A model generated the notes under the pieces. The model was not told the origin of the DNA. It was given only the letters and a program-made list of their open reading frames with translations, and did no database searches. The position numbers and the translations under genes were made by a program. From Anthoceros angustus (Eukaryota; Plantae; Anthocerotophyta), in assembly GCA_010909165.1 (NCBI GenBank), contig MU008188.1, forward strand, positions 434,001-498,000: DNA of 64,000 bases, written 5' to 3'. Numbering within the stretch: the first letter of the stretch is position 1; each line of letters begins with the position of its first letter. Positions 47,083 to 59,900 of the stretch are shown in pieces.

Positions 47083-50000
47083 ATCTTGGAAGGGGTTAAT
47101 ATACGCAGGGGTTTTCAACCAAATATCGTCGGAAGGGGTTTGGGATGGGTCGATCACGCTTTGGGCAACATCGGTCGAAGGCCTGAAAATAAGGGTCGAT
47201 ATGATGAAATTGACGTCCGAGCAAAGGTTCCATCACACAAAGGGTTAGCGAGTTCGCCATCGAATTTGGCATATACGACCCATGCTTGCTTACCATAAGT
47301 ACCCTAAGGACTAAAAGGAACGGGTTGTTGAGGCACGATCTAAATAAACAAGGTCTTTTGAAGACATTGCAATCTTCATCATCATTGGTAAAGAATGGTG
47401 CTTCTTTCCGAACCGTCCGTAACCCATAGTCTTTTGTTTTGGCAAGAAGCCTTGCCGGTGGCCGCGCCAGCTATCGGTTTCCACGATTTAGGATTTAGGC
47501 ATGCGTCGGATGGGTTATATAGCTTTGCCGAACAAAATGTACAATACGGTGGATGCGGAAAACGGTTTCCATGCTACTAAGGATGGTGAAAATGGCGGGC
47601 GCCGCCCACCGGCGCCGCCATTTGTCCTGCCGACTCGCAACCTACGGCCGTGGAAGTGACTCCAACTTCTTCAACTTCCAACCACCGAATGATAGCACCA
47701 GTGTGATTCCCTATCACTAACGCGAGCTCCCACTTTGAGCCTAACACTTGGCGGTCAAGACACTTCGGCGAGAGTAAACCCTCTTGTTCATCTGTCGAAA
47801 TATGCACAGCTTGGAATGGCTCCAACCGTCCGCCTGTCGCCATTTTCGCTTTTTTCTTCCTCCTCGCCTGCTTCCACTGTGTGGTTTCTTAGTGCCCTCC
47901 ATGGAATCCAAAGTCGCAGCAGGACGCTTTCCCCTTGAGCCAGCCGTCGGCTGGTCATCAGTTCTTCCTGCACTGAGGAGGGTGCCGGCCGGCCGGCGCC
48001 CTTCTCCTTCTTCCTCCTAACATGCTAATCTTGGAAGGGGGTTAATATACAGTAAGGGGGTTTTCAACCAAATATCGTCGGAAGGGGGTTTGGGATGGTC
48101 GACCGCTTTGGGCAACATCGTCCGTAAGAGCCTGAAAATAAGGGTCGATAAGGGATGAAATTGACGTCCGAGCAAAGGTTCCATCACACAAAGGGTTAGC
48201 GAGTTCGCCATCGAATTTGGCATATTCGACCCATGCTTGCTTACCATAAGTACCCTAAGGACTAAAAGGGAACGGGTTGAGGCACGCCTAAATAAACAAG
48301 GTCTTTTGAAGACATTGCAGGCAATCTTCATCATCATTGGTAAAGAATGGTGCTTCTTTCCGAACCGTCCGTAACCCATAGTCTTTTGTTTTGGCAAGAA
48401 GGCTGTGGCGGGCGCCCGAGCTATCCACACGATTTAGGATTTAGGCATGCGACGGATGGGTTATATCGGTCGAACAAAATGTACAATACGTGATGCGGAA
48501 AACGGTTTCCATGCTACTAAAGGATGGTGAAAATGGCGGCGCCGCCCACCGCCGCCATTTGTCCTGTCGCTCGAACCAACCACGGGGAAGTGACTCCAAC
48601 TTCTTCAACTTCCAACCGAATGATAGCACCAGGTGATTCCCTATCACTAACGCGAGCTCCCACTTTGAGCCTAACACTTGGCGGTCGACACACGAGGAGT
48701 AAACCCTCTTGTCACCGATGTCCACCGATGTTTGCCTCCACTTCATACATCTTTTCACTCATCTCCGAATTGACACCTTCCATGTCCAAGGGCCCGATGT
48801 CCTCACCGTCTTCGTCACTATCTTCGGTGCACTTTGGCTGGCTCGATGAAGCCCCGCAATTCATTCAACTTATCCTCGATCGCTTTTTGTCAATGGAATA
48901 GAGATGTTTACGGAATTCAAACCGAACCCATAATACAAGATGACGGTTTTATTGATGAAGACTTCTTGAACATTCTTGAAATTTGCCTTCCCACCCTTTT
49001 TCCTTCCAATCCCATTGTCTCGGAAGGGGTTTGGGATGGGTCGATCACGCTTTGGGCAACATCGGTCCGAGGCACGAAAATAAGGGTCGATAAGGGATGA
49101 AATTGACGTCCGGAGCAGTGTCTCCATCACACAAAGGGTTAGGGGCGTAGTTCGGCCATCAGAATTTGGCATATTCGACCCATGCTTGCTTACCATAAGT
49201 ACCCGGAAGGACTAAAAGGGAACGGGGTTGTTGAGGCACAGTCTAAATAAACAAGGTCTTTTGAAGACATTGCAGGCAATCTTCACAGTCATCATTGGTA
49301 AAGAATGGTGCTTCTTTCCGAACCGTCCGTCCAGAACCCATAGTCTTTTGTTTTGGCAAGGGGCCTCAGCGGTGGGCGCGCCACAGCTATCGGTTTCCAC
49401 GATTTAGGATTTAGGCATGCGTCGGATGGGTTATATACGGTTGCGAACAAAATGTACAATACAGGGGGATGCGGAAAAGCGGTTTCCATGCTACTAAGGA
49501 TGGTGAAAATGGCGGGCGCCGCCCACCGGCGCCGCCATTTGTCCTGTCGCCGACCGCAACCTACCGGAAGTGACTCCAACTTCTTCAACTTCCATCCGAA
49601 TGATAGCACCAGGTGATTCCCTATCACTAACGCGAGCTCCCACTTTGAGCCTAACACTTGGCACACTTGACAGTCGAGTAAACCCTCTTGTCTACCGATG
49701 TCCACCGCTGTTTGCCTCCACTTCATACATCTTTTCACTCATCTCCCGAATTGACACCTTCCATGTCCAAGGGCCCGATGTCCTCACCGTCTTCGTCACT
49801 GTCTTCTGGTGCACTTTGGCTGGCTGGCTCGATGAAGCCCCGCAATTCATTCAACTTATCCCTGATCGCTTTTTTGTCAATGGAATAGAGATGTTTACGG
49901 GAATTCAAACTGAACCCATAATACAGGATGACAGTTTTATTGATGAAGACTTCTTGAACATTCTTCGGGAAATTTGCCTTCCCACCCTTTTTCCTTCCAA

Positions 50001-51099
50001 TCCTCTCGGTGGAAGTGCGGAATCACATATTCTTCCACGACCGCCTTCATATGCATCCGTGCTCATCTGTACTCAGTGAACCAGAAATGAGGCTCTTCCA
50101 CATCCAACCTCACGATTAACTTTCCCAATCCGAAAGGCCGATTATGCGTATCGGTACAAGGTCTGCGATGAACATCCTTCCTTTATGTCTTTTACATCTC
50201 CATGCAACGTGCCATTTCTGCTGCCTTCCCCAACCGCCGGTAAGGCCCCAAGTACATATCCGTTGGGGAGTTCTCTTAGCAACGCCTCTAGGATAGCTTC
50301 ATCGGGAACTTGGAGTGGTTGCTGTTTCTTCCGATCCGAGAGAACCATTTCCACGGCACTTCTAGTGCGAGCCCAATGTTGTTCTCCACGATTATTGCGA
50401 TTTCTTCTTGGTCCACCTGAATGCTTCCCACCATCCATATCGTCCCACATATGGCCGCAGACCCGGCAGACCGCTCTCAAATGTGCCACTCCTTCCTCGG
50501 AGATAACCGCCGACGTCCCTTTCTTGTCTCGAGCCGGAGGGCCGACAGCGTATTGTTATGTCGTTGGAGGGACAAATTTCAAAAACTCCAACCCGGCTTC
50601 CAATACATCGATGTCGAATATTGCTTGCTCCTCATCACACCGCCACCACGGTTTGTCTTCTCCGTGATTTTAAACGTGCTGGAAAGATAAGTTGTTCAAT
50701 TTTCTCACCGATGTCCACCGATGTTTGCCTCCACTTCATACATCTTTTCACTCATCTCCGAATTGACACCTTCCATGTCCAAGGGCCCGATGTCCTCACC
50801 GCCTTCGCTACTATCTTGGTGCACTTTGGCTGGCTCGATGAAGCCCCGCAATTCATTCAACTTATCCCCGATCGCTTTTTGTCAATGGAATAGAGATGTT
50901 TACGGAATTCAAACCGAACCCATAATACAAGATGACGGTTTTATTGATGAAGACTTCTTGAACATTCTTGAAATTTGCCTTCCCACCCTTTTTCCTTCCA
51001 ATCCCGTCTCTGGAAGGGTCCGAATCACATATTCTTCCACGATTCGCCTTCATATGCATCTGTGCTCGATCTGTCAGGAACTGGAAAATGAGGCTCTTC

Positions 51100-54000
51100 C
51101 ACATCCAACCTCACGATTAACTTTCCCAATCCGAAAGGCCGATTATGCGTATCGGTACAAGGTACGCGATGAACATCCTTCCTTTATGTCTTTTACATCT
51201 CCATGCAACGTGCCATTTCCTGCTGCCTTCCCCAACTGCAAGGCCCCAAGTACATATCCGTTGGGGAGTTCTCTTAGCAACGCCTCTAGGATAGCTTCAT
51301 CGGGAACTTGGAGTGGTTGCTGTTTCTTCCGATCGCAGAGAACCATTTCCACGGCACTTCTAGTGCGAGCCCAATGTTGTTCTCCACGATTATTGCGATT
51401 TCTTCTTGGTCCACCGAATGCTTCCCACCATCCATATCCTCACATATGGCGCAGCCCGGACCGCTCTCAAATGTGCCACTCCTTCCTGGAGATAACCGCC
51501 GACGTCCCTTTCTTGTCTCGAGCCGAGGGCCGCAGTACCGGTGTCGTTGGAGGGGACAAATTTCAAAAACTCCAACCCGGCTTCGGTTTCCCAATACATC
51601 GATGTCGAATATTGCTTGCTCCTAATTACTGTCACCAGCCCACGGTCTGGTTTGTCTTCTCTGGTGATTTTAAACTGGTGCTGGAAAGATAAGTTGTTCA
51701 ATTTTCTCACCGCCGATGAATATGCCTGGCGACCATCGCCTTGTCTAATCGGCCATACATATGACCGGAAGTCCGGGACCTCCTGCAAAACTTTGATCTC
51801 CGGTGTAGGCGTGTATGCATGAACCAGTATGTCGGCCAACGCGGGAAGAGTGTGTGCCTCCTTGTGCTTCAAGCTTTTGGAAAAGCAAGAGAACATCTGG
51901 TCGATTTGGTCGTGAGTGTGCCCAACAAGGAGGAACCCAACCTTCACCTTCTGAAAAGTTCCCATATCAACTAGCATGTTCAAATACGCAAACAACAGCT
52001 GGTTCTTGTTTTCCCGGCAAGTGTTGTCAAGCTGCAAATAGAGCACTTTGGGTAGCACTCCTTTATAATTAAGAATAACATCTTGAATAATCACGATTGT
52101 CGATTCGCATCGTTCCTCAAATTGGCATAGTGCAAAAACACTCTTGCGTCGTATAATTGTGGATCATGCAACCCACTACGTGCAGATACACATCCTCATC
52201 AAGATTCTTTGGCCAACGCGAAAGTGTGGAATCTCGTCTTCTTGGTCCATTCCGTCTATAGCGAGGAGCATGTACTTATCCGGTTCCTGTAACTCTTTTC
52301 ACGGTGTTTTGCCATTTTTCCCGCTCCTCCTGCAAAACTTTGATCTCCGGTGTAGGCGTGTATGCATGAACCAAGATGTCGCCAACGCGGAAGAGTGTGT
52401 GCCTCCTTGTGCTTCAAGCTTTTGGAAAAGCAAGAGAACATTTGGTCGATTTGGTCGTGAGTGTGCCCAACAAGGAGGAACCCAACCTTCACCTTGAAAA
52501 GTTCCCATATCAACTAGCATGTTCAAACACGCAAACAACAGCTGGTTCTTGTTTTCCGGCAAGTGTTGTCAAGCTGCAAATAGAGCACTTTGGGTAGCAC
52601 TCCTTTATAATTAAGAATAACATCTTGAATAATCACGATTGTCGATTCGCATCGTTCCTCAAATTGGCATAGTGCAAAAACACTCTCGCGTGACGTATAA
52701 TTGTGGATCATGCAACCCACTACGTGCAGATACACATCCTCATCAAGATTCTTTGGCCAACGCAAAGTGTGGAATCTCGTCTTCTTGGTCCATTCCGTCT
52801 ATAGCGAGGAGCATGTACTTATCCGGTTCCTGTAACTCTTTTCACGGTGTTTTGCCATTTTTCCCGCTCCTCCTGCAAAACTTTGATCTCCGGTGTAGGC
52901 GTGTATGCATGAACCAAGATGTCGCCAACGCGGAAGAGTGTGTGCCTCCTTGTGCTTCAAGCTTTTGGAAAAGCAAGAGAACATTTGGTCGATTTGGTCG
53001 TGAGTGTGCCCAACAAGGAGGAACCCAACCTTCACCGAAAGTTCCCATATCAACTAGCATGTTCAAATCGCAAACAACAGCTGGTTCTTGTTTTCCCGAA
53101 GTGTTGTCAAGCTGCAAATAGAGCACTTTGGGTAGCACTCCTTTATAATTAAGAATAACATCTTGAATAATCACGATTGTCGATTAATCGTTCCTCAAAT
53201 TGGCATAGTGCAAAAACACTCTTCTGCGTCGTATAATTGTGGATCATGCAACCCACTACGTGCAGATACAGCGTCCTCATCAAGATTCTTTGTGTGTGTG
53301 GAATCTCGTCTTCTTGGTCCATTCCGTCTATAGCGAGGAGCATGTACTTATCCGGTTCCACCTGTAACTCTTTTCACGGTGTTTTGCCATTTTTCCCGCT
53401 CCTCCTGCGGTGTGCCTCTAACGCTGCCCGACATTTTTTTACGCACCAAACACGTTCCAAGTGTCACATCCTTCCAAGTTTTCACGCTCCCAATTTCACA
53501 CATACAAACACGCTTCTTCCACACCACAAGCGAAGATGAATCCATGAAACCCATTGCATACAACAAACCGATGTCGTGGACTATCACCTCTTCACACATA
53601 CATTTACCATCTTCCCCAATCTAAAATCTACAAAACGTCCACCTTCTAGGTCATATATTATGGTTGGCGAGTTTGAAGGTGGATGCGCAGGGCCCCGGGG
53701 CCCGGCCCTACAAACTCGACCAATCAAACCTACAACCTGGGGCCATCATGAACAAGGACTGCGAGTTTCAAACATGGTACTCGAGGCAACTCAGAACGGT
53801 CATCCGAGGTGGCGCGGCGCCCACCCTCGACACACTCGAACCATCCGCATACCACCGCTCATTCGGCGAACTATGGGATGAACTCGAAAACTCCTCCCAC
53901 CAGATGGGTTGTACTAGTGGTAGAGTGATATCTACCTTGATCAACCTTCCGAGTTGTATTCGAATGGTGGTCTTTAACCAAGACATATTGAGCGGTCGAG

Positions 54001-55700
54001 AACTGTTGGATTTGGGAATCTTCACTCGGTGAAGTTAGATTTCCATAACTTCAAAACCACGCGTCACAAACCGCACGAGCTTTGACACGCCGTTTGTACA
54101 ATGACCATATCTCCGCTTTGTATAGGTGTCGCGTTATACACCGCACGTCGAAGTCTTTCACCATGAGCGAAAAGCATTATCCATCCACGCTAGAGCACCA
54201 AGTGCATGACGGGACTTATGAATTGGGTTGGTTCGAACACTATCCCACGGGGCATTCCTCATGACCCTCCCTTTCAGTTCCTCGTATCTGTTGTGCCCCA
54301 TACAATATACTCTTCTGAAGGCCTTCACGCAACAGCGCAGAGGAACCGATCCCATAACATGCGTAAAAACTCTTTCTTTGTTAGTTTGACTCGGGTCCCG
54401 ATGTACGAGGCTTTGAAGAAATGTCTCCTGCTCTTGCCTGCACATTGTGAGGAACCTATATCGTTGCTCCTGAAGGCCTTGCTTGGTCAACCTCTGCATG
54501 CACATTTGGTTGCAACACGGTTTAAGAAAGTCTGCCGTCACCTTCTCCAGTTCACATTTTTGCAAAGACACCCCGCTGCCGTCACCGCGCTTGTCCGCTT
54601 TGTTGTCATCAATGTCTCACTTAAAGGCTTGGGATGGAATGTTCCGGATGCACCACCGGAGGAGGGTGAACAAAGTCATCATCCCCATCCTCGCCACGGA
54701 TCATTTGCTTGTGGAAGAACTCACCCGCGGTCATCCTCGCACATCGCTCCTTGGCGGAACAAACCACGACGGGATCGCACCCCATCTCCCTTCCTTCCTG
54801 GTGTCTTCGCTGGATGCGGATTCCCATCAATGGCGATATAAGTTCAAGTTCACGGGGTCATGGGCACCCCACGCGAATGCCGGAGAGGACGCTTGTCGGC
54901 GACGAGCATTACCGCAATACCACCGCTCATTCGGCGAACTATGGGATGAACGAAAACTCCTCCCACCAGATGGGTTGTACTAGTGGTAGAGTGATATCTA
55001 CCTTGATCAACCTTCCGAGTTGTATTCGAATGGTGGTCTTTAACCAAGACATATTGAGCGGTCGAGAACTGTTGGATTTGGGAATCTTCACTCTGAAGTT
55101 AGATTTCCATAACTTCAAAACCACGCAGACGCCAAACCGCACGAGCTTTGACACGCCGTTTGTACAATGACCATATCTCCGCTTTGTATAGGTGTCGCGT
55201 TATACACCGCACGTCGAAGTCTTCACCATGAGCGAAAAGCATTATCCATCCACGCTAGAGCACCAAGTGCATGGGACTTATGAATTGGGTTGGTTCGAAC
55301 ACTATCCCACGGGCATTCCTCATGACCCTCCCTTTCGCCTTCCTCGATCATAGCCCCATACAATATACTCTCAAGGCCTTCACGCAAGCAGAGGAACCGA
55401 TCCCATAACATGCGTAAAAACTCTTTCTTTGTTAGTTTGACTCGGGTCCCGATGTACGAGGCTTTGAAGAAATGTCTCTTGCTCTTGCCTCGCATTGTGA
55501 GGAACCTATATCGTTGCTCAAGGCCTTGCTTGGTCAACCTCTGCATGCACATTTGGTTGCAACACGGTTTAAGAAAGTCCGTCACCTTCTCCATTTCACA
55601 TTTTTGCAAAGACACCCCGCTGCCGTCACCGCGCTTGTCCATGACTTTGTTGTCATCAATGTCTCACTTAAAGGCTTGGGATGGAATGTTCCAGATGCAC
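51100..55700 (-). CDS. DDD/E transposase (QLDN-ENKN / GHTH-DxID family, Sola1-like by inference), frameshifted and partly triplicated
   Basis: IDGMDQ (52242-52256), LYLQLDNTCRENKNQLL (about 52000-52045) and VGHTHDQIDQMFS (about 51888-51926). An N-terminal Cys cluster (PCCNQMCMQ; CVKAF) lies at about 54300-54520 and 55380-55560. The core is repeated at about 51770-52330, 52330-52870 and 52870-53400. Confidence 0.8.
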
Positions 55701-56962
55701 CACCGGAGGAGGGTGAACAAAGTCATCATCCCCATCCTCACCACGGATCATTTGCTTGTGGAAGAACTCCCCTGCGGTCATCCTCGCACATCGCTCCTTG
55801 GCGGAACAAACCACGACGGGATTCGCACCCCATCTCCCTTCCTTCGGTGTCTTCGCTGGATGCGGATTCCCATCAATGGCGATATAAGTTCAAGTTCACG
55901 GGGTCATGGGCACCCCACGCGAATGCCGGAGAGGACGCTTGTCGATGGCGGCATTACACCGCAATACCACTTCGTGCGGTGTGCATGAGATGGAATCGCC
56001 ACGGATGGGGTGGACTATTCGCCACAACATTGTCTTCACCGCAAACAAGCGTTTCTTGTTGAAGGCAAACTAACCTTCCGGAGTTCGGACTCGCTGTTGC
56101 TCATGATCGGGCGCGGGGCCCCATTCAAGATCTGACCATCCTTGGCTCCTCACAAGAGAGTCACCTACCATCCGGAAATCAAAGACCCCTCTTCCACACT
56201 GCTCCTGCGACAACATCAATGTCGTCATTACATGGAGTGAGACGGAGAGACCGATGCAAACCCAACACTTGTTCTCAAGTACATGTTCCCCTTGATCGCA
56301 CAAGCAGTGAGGAATGAACTTTGTGGACGAAAAACTCGACCTCTTCGACAACCGATGTGGGTGGCGCAACATTGTCGCCGGCCCGAGGACTCCGCACCTC
56401 TAACCTCTGGAAATATGGTCCTCACTCTTCACAGCGTGGTATGCCATGACATAGGCGATCGTGGATCAAGGTAAGGTGGAAATGCCATTATGAGCAAATA
56501 AACCGAAAGATCTTCACCGGTAGAACTTGGCGAGGCACACCGCCTCTTCATTGTTTTCTCGGCATTGGGGTTCACATATACGGCTTTTGACTTAGGGTCC
56601 TATAAATGGTTTTCCGTAAGCATTTCCTTAATTGACATTTATGGTTAGGGTTGCCAAGACATGTGTATGACGTGACCGAACGGGCGTCATACTTTCGATT
56701 CAGTGGAGAGTAACCACGAGAGAGCAAGTTCTTCCAGCCAGACGAACGGTGGCGGCCGCCTCGAGATCAACTCTCGGCGAAGGACTTTTCTGCCTCCCAA
56801 AGACGCGACTTCTCCACGCTGCGATCCTCCGCCATTTCCTCGCGATTCACATAGTCTGGTATGGCCCTCCCTTCCTGCTCGCAAATTTCCTTCAAGTTGT
56901 GGACGATTCCTTCTTTGAATTGCGCTGGCTTCCTATGGCAGATTGTATCTAATCTCTTGAGG

Positions 56963-59900
56963 ATGGCAAGCGGAAGACGAAGTAGGAAGGAACGTGGAGA
57001 ACCAGAGGTAACATCCCGACGATGCCCAAAACCAAGAAATCCCCAGAAGAAGAAGAAGGATGCGGCGGAATTTCGGGTGTGGATGTCGGAGAAGGCACGC
57101 CTACCTCCGGTGGAGGGCGCAGACATACCCAGCCATCAAGCACCAGCCGGAGGTAATTTGTCAATTGGGCATGGGAAATCGGGCACTAACATCCGGGAAG
57201 GCCAAGACAACGAAGGAGAAGGCTGCAGGAGGAGACCGAGGAAGAGACCCCACAGCAATCGCGGCGCCTATTCCAACGCCATTTAACTATGAGGATCTTG
57301 CCATACGTCGGTTGGGGAGCAAGGTGGAGGCCACTTTCTCGAGAAGGACGGATGTTGACACAGGATGAGGAGCCTTGAGGAGAACAATTTTGGACTCCTC
57401 TATTGAAACCGTGGTCGAGGGTTCAAGGGGCCTTGCCAAACCAGAGCAAGGGCTGGGTTCTATGGGCGATGGATATGGATGGACGAGAGCTGTGTTTGAT
57501 CTGCACAACAAAGCCTTTGGTATTTGATCGGATAAGCGAAGATGAAACCATGTACAAGGCTTATGAGGTCAGCCTACATGGCTTCCAAAGCAAGAAGTGC
57601 AGTCCTTCAAACCTGGTGGAGGATTTCAGAAATGCTATGCGTCAGCCAACTGTAAAAATTTGGAATAAGGTTTTCAAGGCAGTTGATGCAAATTGTTGTA
57701 TGTTGGTTTCCATGACTTGTGCCTTCTGTCTTGCCTTTCCTCAATCCTTTTTCTGTTTTGCAGGATGCTCAGCAAGCTAGAGCACTAATTACGACCATAT
57801 GCGGGAAGATTACCGAATCCGTCATCCAGCATAGGAGGGAAATGTCACAACGACGAGTCAGAGCCCAGCTTCGACAGAATGTGCATGACGGGCTCACCGA
57901 AGCCGAGCGCAGTGCAGCTAGTGAGCTCGGCCCATCTGATGAGGAGGATGGGTGTATACCCGACGTCCTTGGCCACTCCGACGATGACGACTTTCAGGAG
58001 GCAGAGGATGGAAGGGATGCTCCGTTGCTGGACATTCCTTTTCCTGGCTCCTCCATGGAGGTACCCAGTGGTCGGTATCTGCCAGAGGGTGAGGCGCCGC
58101 CGGCCGCGCCTCCCCGCAGTAGAGGTCTGGAGACTGGTTACCCGCACCCAACCGGGTTCCCAAGGCACCGAAGGGTTGGCGCCGGCCGCCACTGACGCCT
58201 TGCAATTGTTGCGGAAGAGACGGTGGCGGTGGGCGGGCGAGGGTTCTATTGAGGCACCTCCGTGTCCGCCGATCCGAGAGTATGGAGACAGGGACTCGAG
58301 TGGGAGAGCAAGGCATGGTGGGCACGCCGCAACAGGGCATACCGCCGCTCATAGCGAGGCTCCACCGGGGAAGAGAAAGAAGAAATCCAGGAAGGAAACC
58401 GTGAGTGAAGCCCACCAGAGAATATAGCGATCATCCATGTGCGGATGATGAGGAAAGACTTGAAGATGCTATCCGGAATCGGACCCATTGACAATAATCG
58501 TGGACTCGCCTATGCCAAGAAAGTTGTTCCGGAGATCGGTAAAGCTTGAGAATTTGAAGCCGATCTTTTATTACACCGGATGCCCAAATCGGGAGGTGGA
58601 CGAGGCATGGTCAAACTACCTAGCCCGAGTTATTTCAAGGAAGGATTGAAGAAGGGTTCGCCATTCATGCATGATTGACCCCGGGAGTGCAACGATATTA
58701 GCAAGTTGGACCGAAATTCGGCCAAGAAATATATTATGGGTGTACTTGGGGGGAACCACACATATGCTGCTATGAAGCACTTGGCAGATATTGCTCCGGG
58801 GAAGTCCCGTTTTCAATATGTTGAAGCGCATGTATACTGTGGGCTTACGGTGCCTGAGATGAGAGTTCTTGCAACCGACCATAACACAATGTCTGACAAG
58901 CGGAAGAAAATGTCTTTTATTGAACAGGTAAGATATTTACGAGATGAGCTTCTTATTGCGCGTCGGGATGGAGTGCAGATGACCATGTCATGGAAGTTCA
59001 ATCTTTATAAGGTTCTTGGATTAATTGAAGATGATGAAGGCCGCGAAGATGACGTGTACAAGCAGAACAAAGTGGACAACAGGACACACATACTGTGCAT
59101 CGCGAAGCAGGAGGGCAAGGTATGGGATAATATTGATAAGATCTTTTCAAAGTGGGAAGCGAGTTACGGGCGGAAGAAGCACATACTGCCGCACCAAGAA
59201 AGGGAAGGGAAAAGGAAAGTCACAGATGATCCCAAACACGTGGAAACAGTATTTCAAGCCGAAGACATGCTCATGAAACCCCGGAAATCATTCCGTGGTA
59301 TACCAGGTGAATGTGGGCGCAGATTCTTGTCACGGCAAGGAAGGTAACTTGTGCATCCTCGATCTCAAAGGAATGGAGGACGAAATTACTTCAAGAAAGA
59401 AACCGCATGTTATTCAAGTGGCCATGGCTAAACATCCGAGTGCTCATCTTCGAGGAAGTGAGGAAGGAATATCCTACACTCAGCAGACGACATGATTGCT
59501 CGGTTTCAAACGGCTTTTCTTTGGGAAGGTGAGATCCGTCACCAGCATAATGAGTCGCTTTGGTTTTCCTTTTTTGCGAGGCGCCGGCTGGCCCGCCACG
59601 CTGTCTCGAGATGATAGTGGGAGGCGCCGGCCGCCGCGCCTCCCCCACTATCTTTGACGCGCGCAGTTCGCGTCACGGCGCGCCGCCGGCGCCCATGTAT
59701 GGCTTCGCCCTCGCCTGAGCGGCGCGCCGCCGCGCCGCCGCATGTGGAGGCTCGAAACCAAATTTGTCGATGGAGGGTGTGAAGGGCGCCGGTCGGCCGG
59801 CGTCTTTCACACCCTCCTTCGTCATCGTCCCTGCTTGTTTGAATACAATAGGAATGTGGTGTCCCTGCTCTAACGTTTTTTCTTTCCCTGGCGTTCAGCA

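Noticed and set aside
47076-47083. Alternative 4-bp CATG target-site duplication for the TIR element
   Set aside because: It leaves mismatched terminal bases (C versus T), and the reconstructed empty site is out of frame. The TA model restores the ORF.
47100-47500. Third copy of the cargo N-terminal domain (KQAWVVYAKFDGE)
   Set aside because: The similarity is a few residues and needs frameshifts, so it is not distinguishable from chance by eye.
55975-56330. Second, plus-strand transposase remnant
   Set aside because: There is only a faint resemblance to the transposase C-terminus (FKI, TSM), and no catalytic motif supports it.
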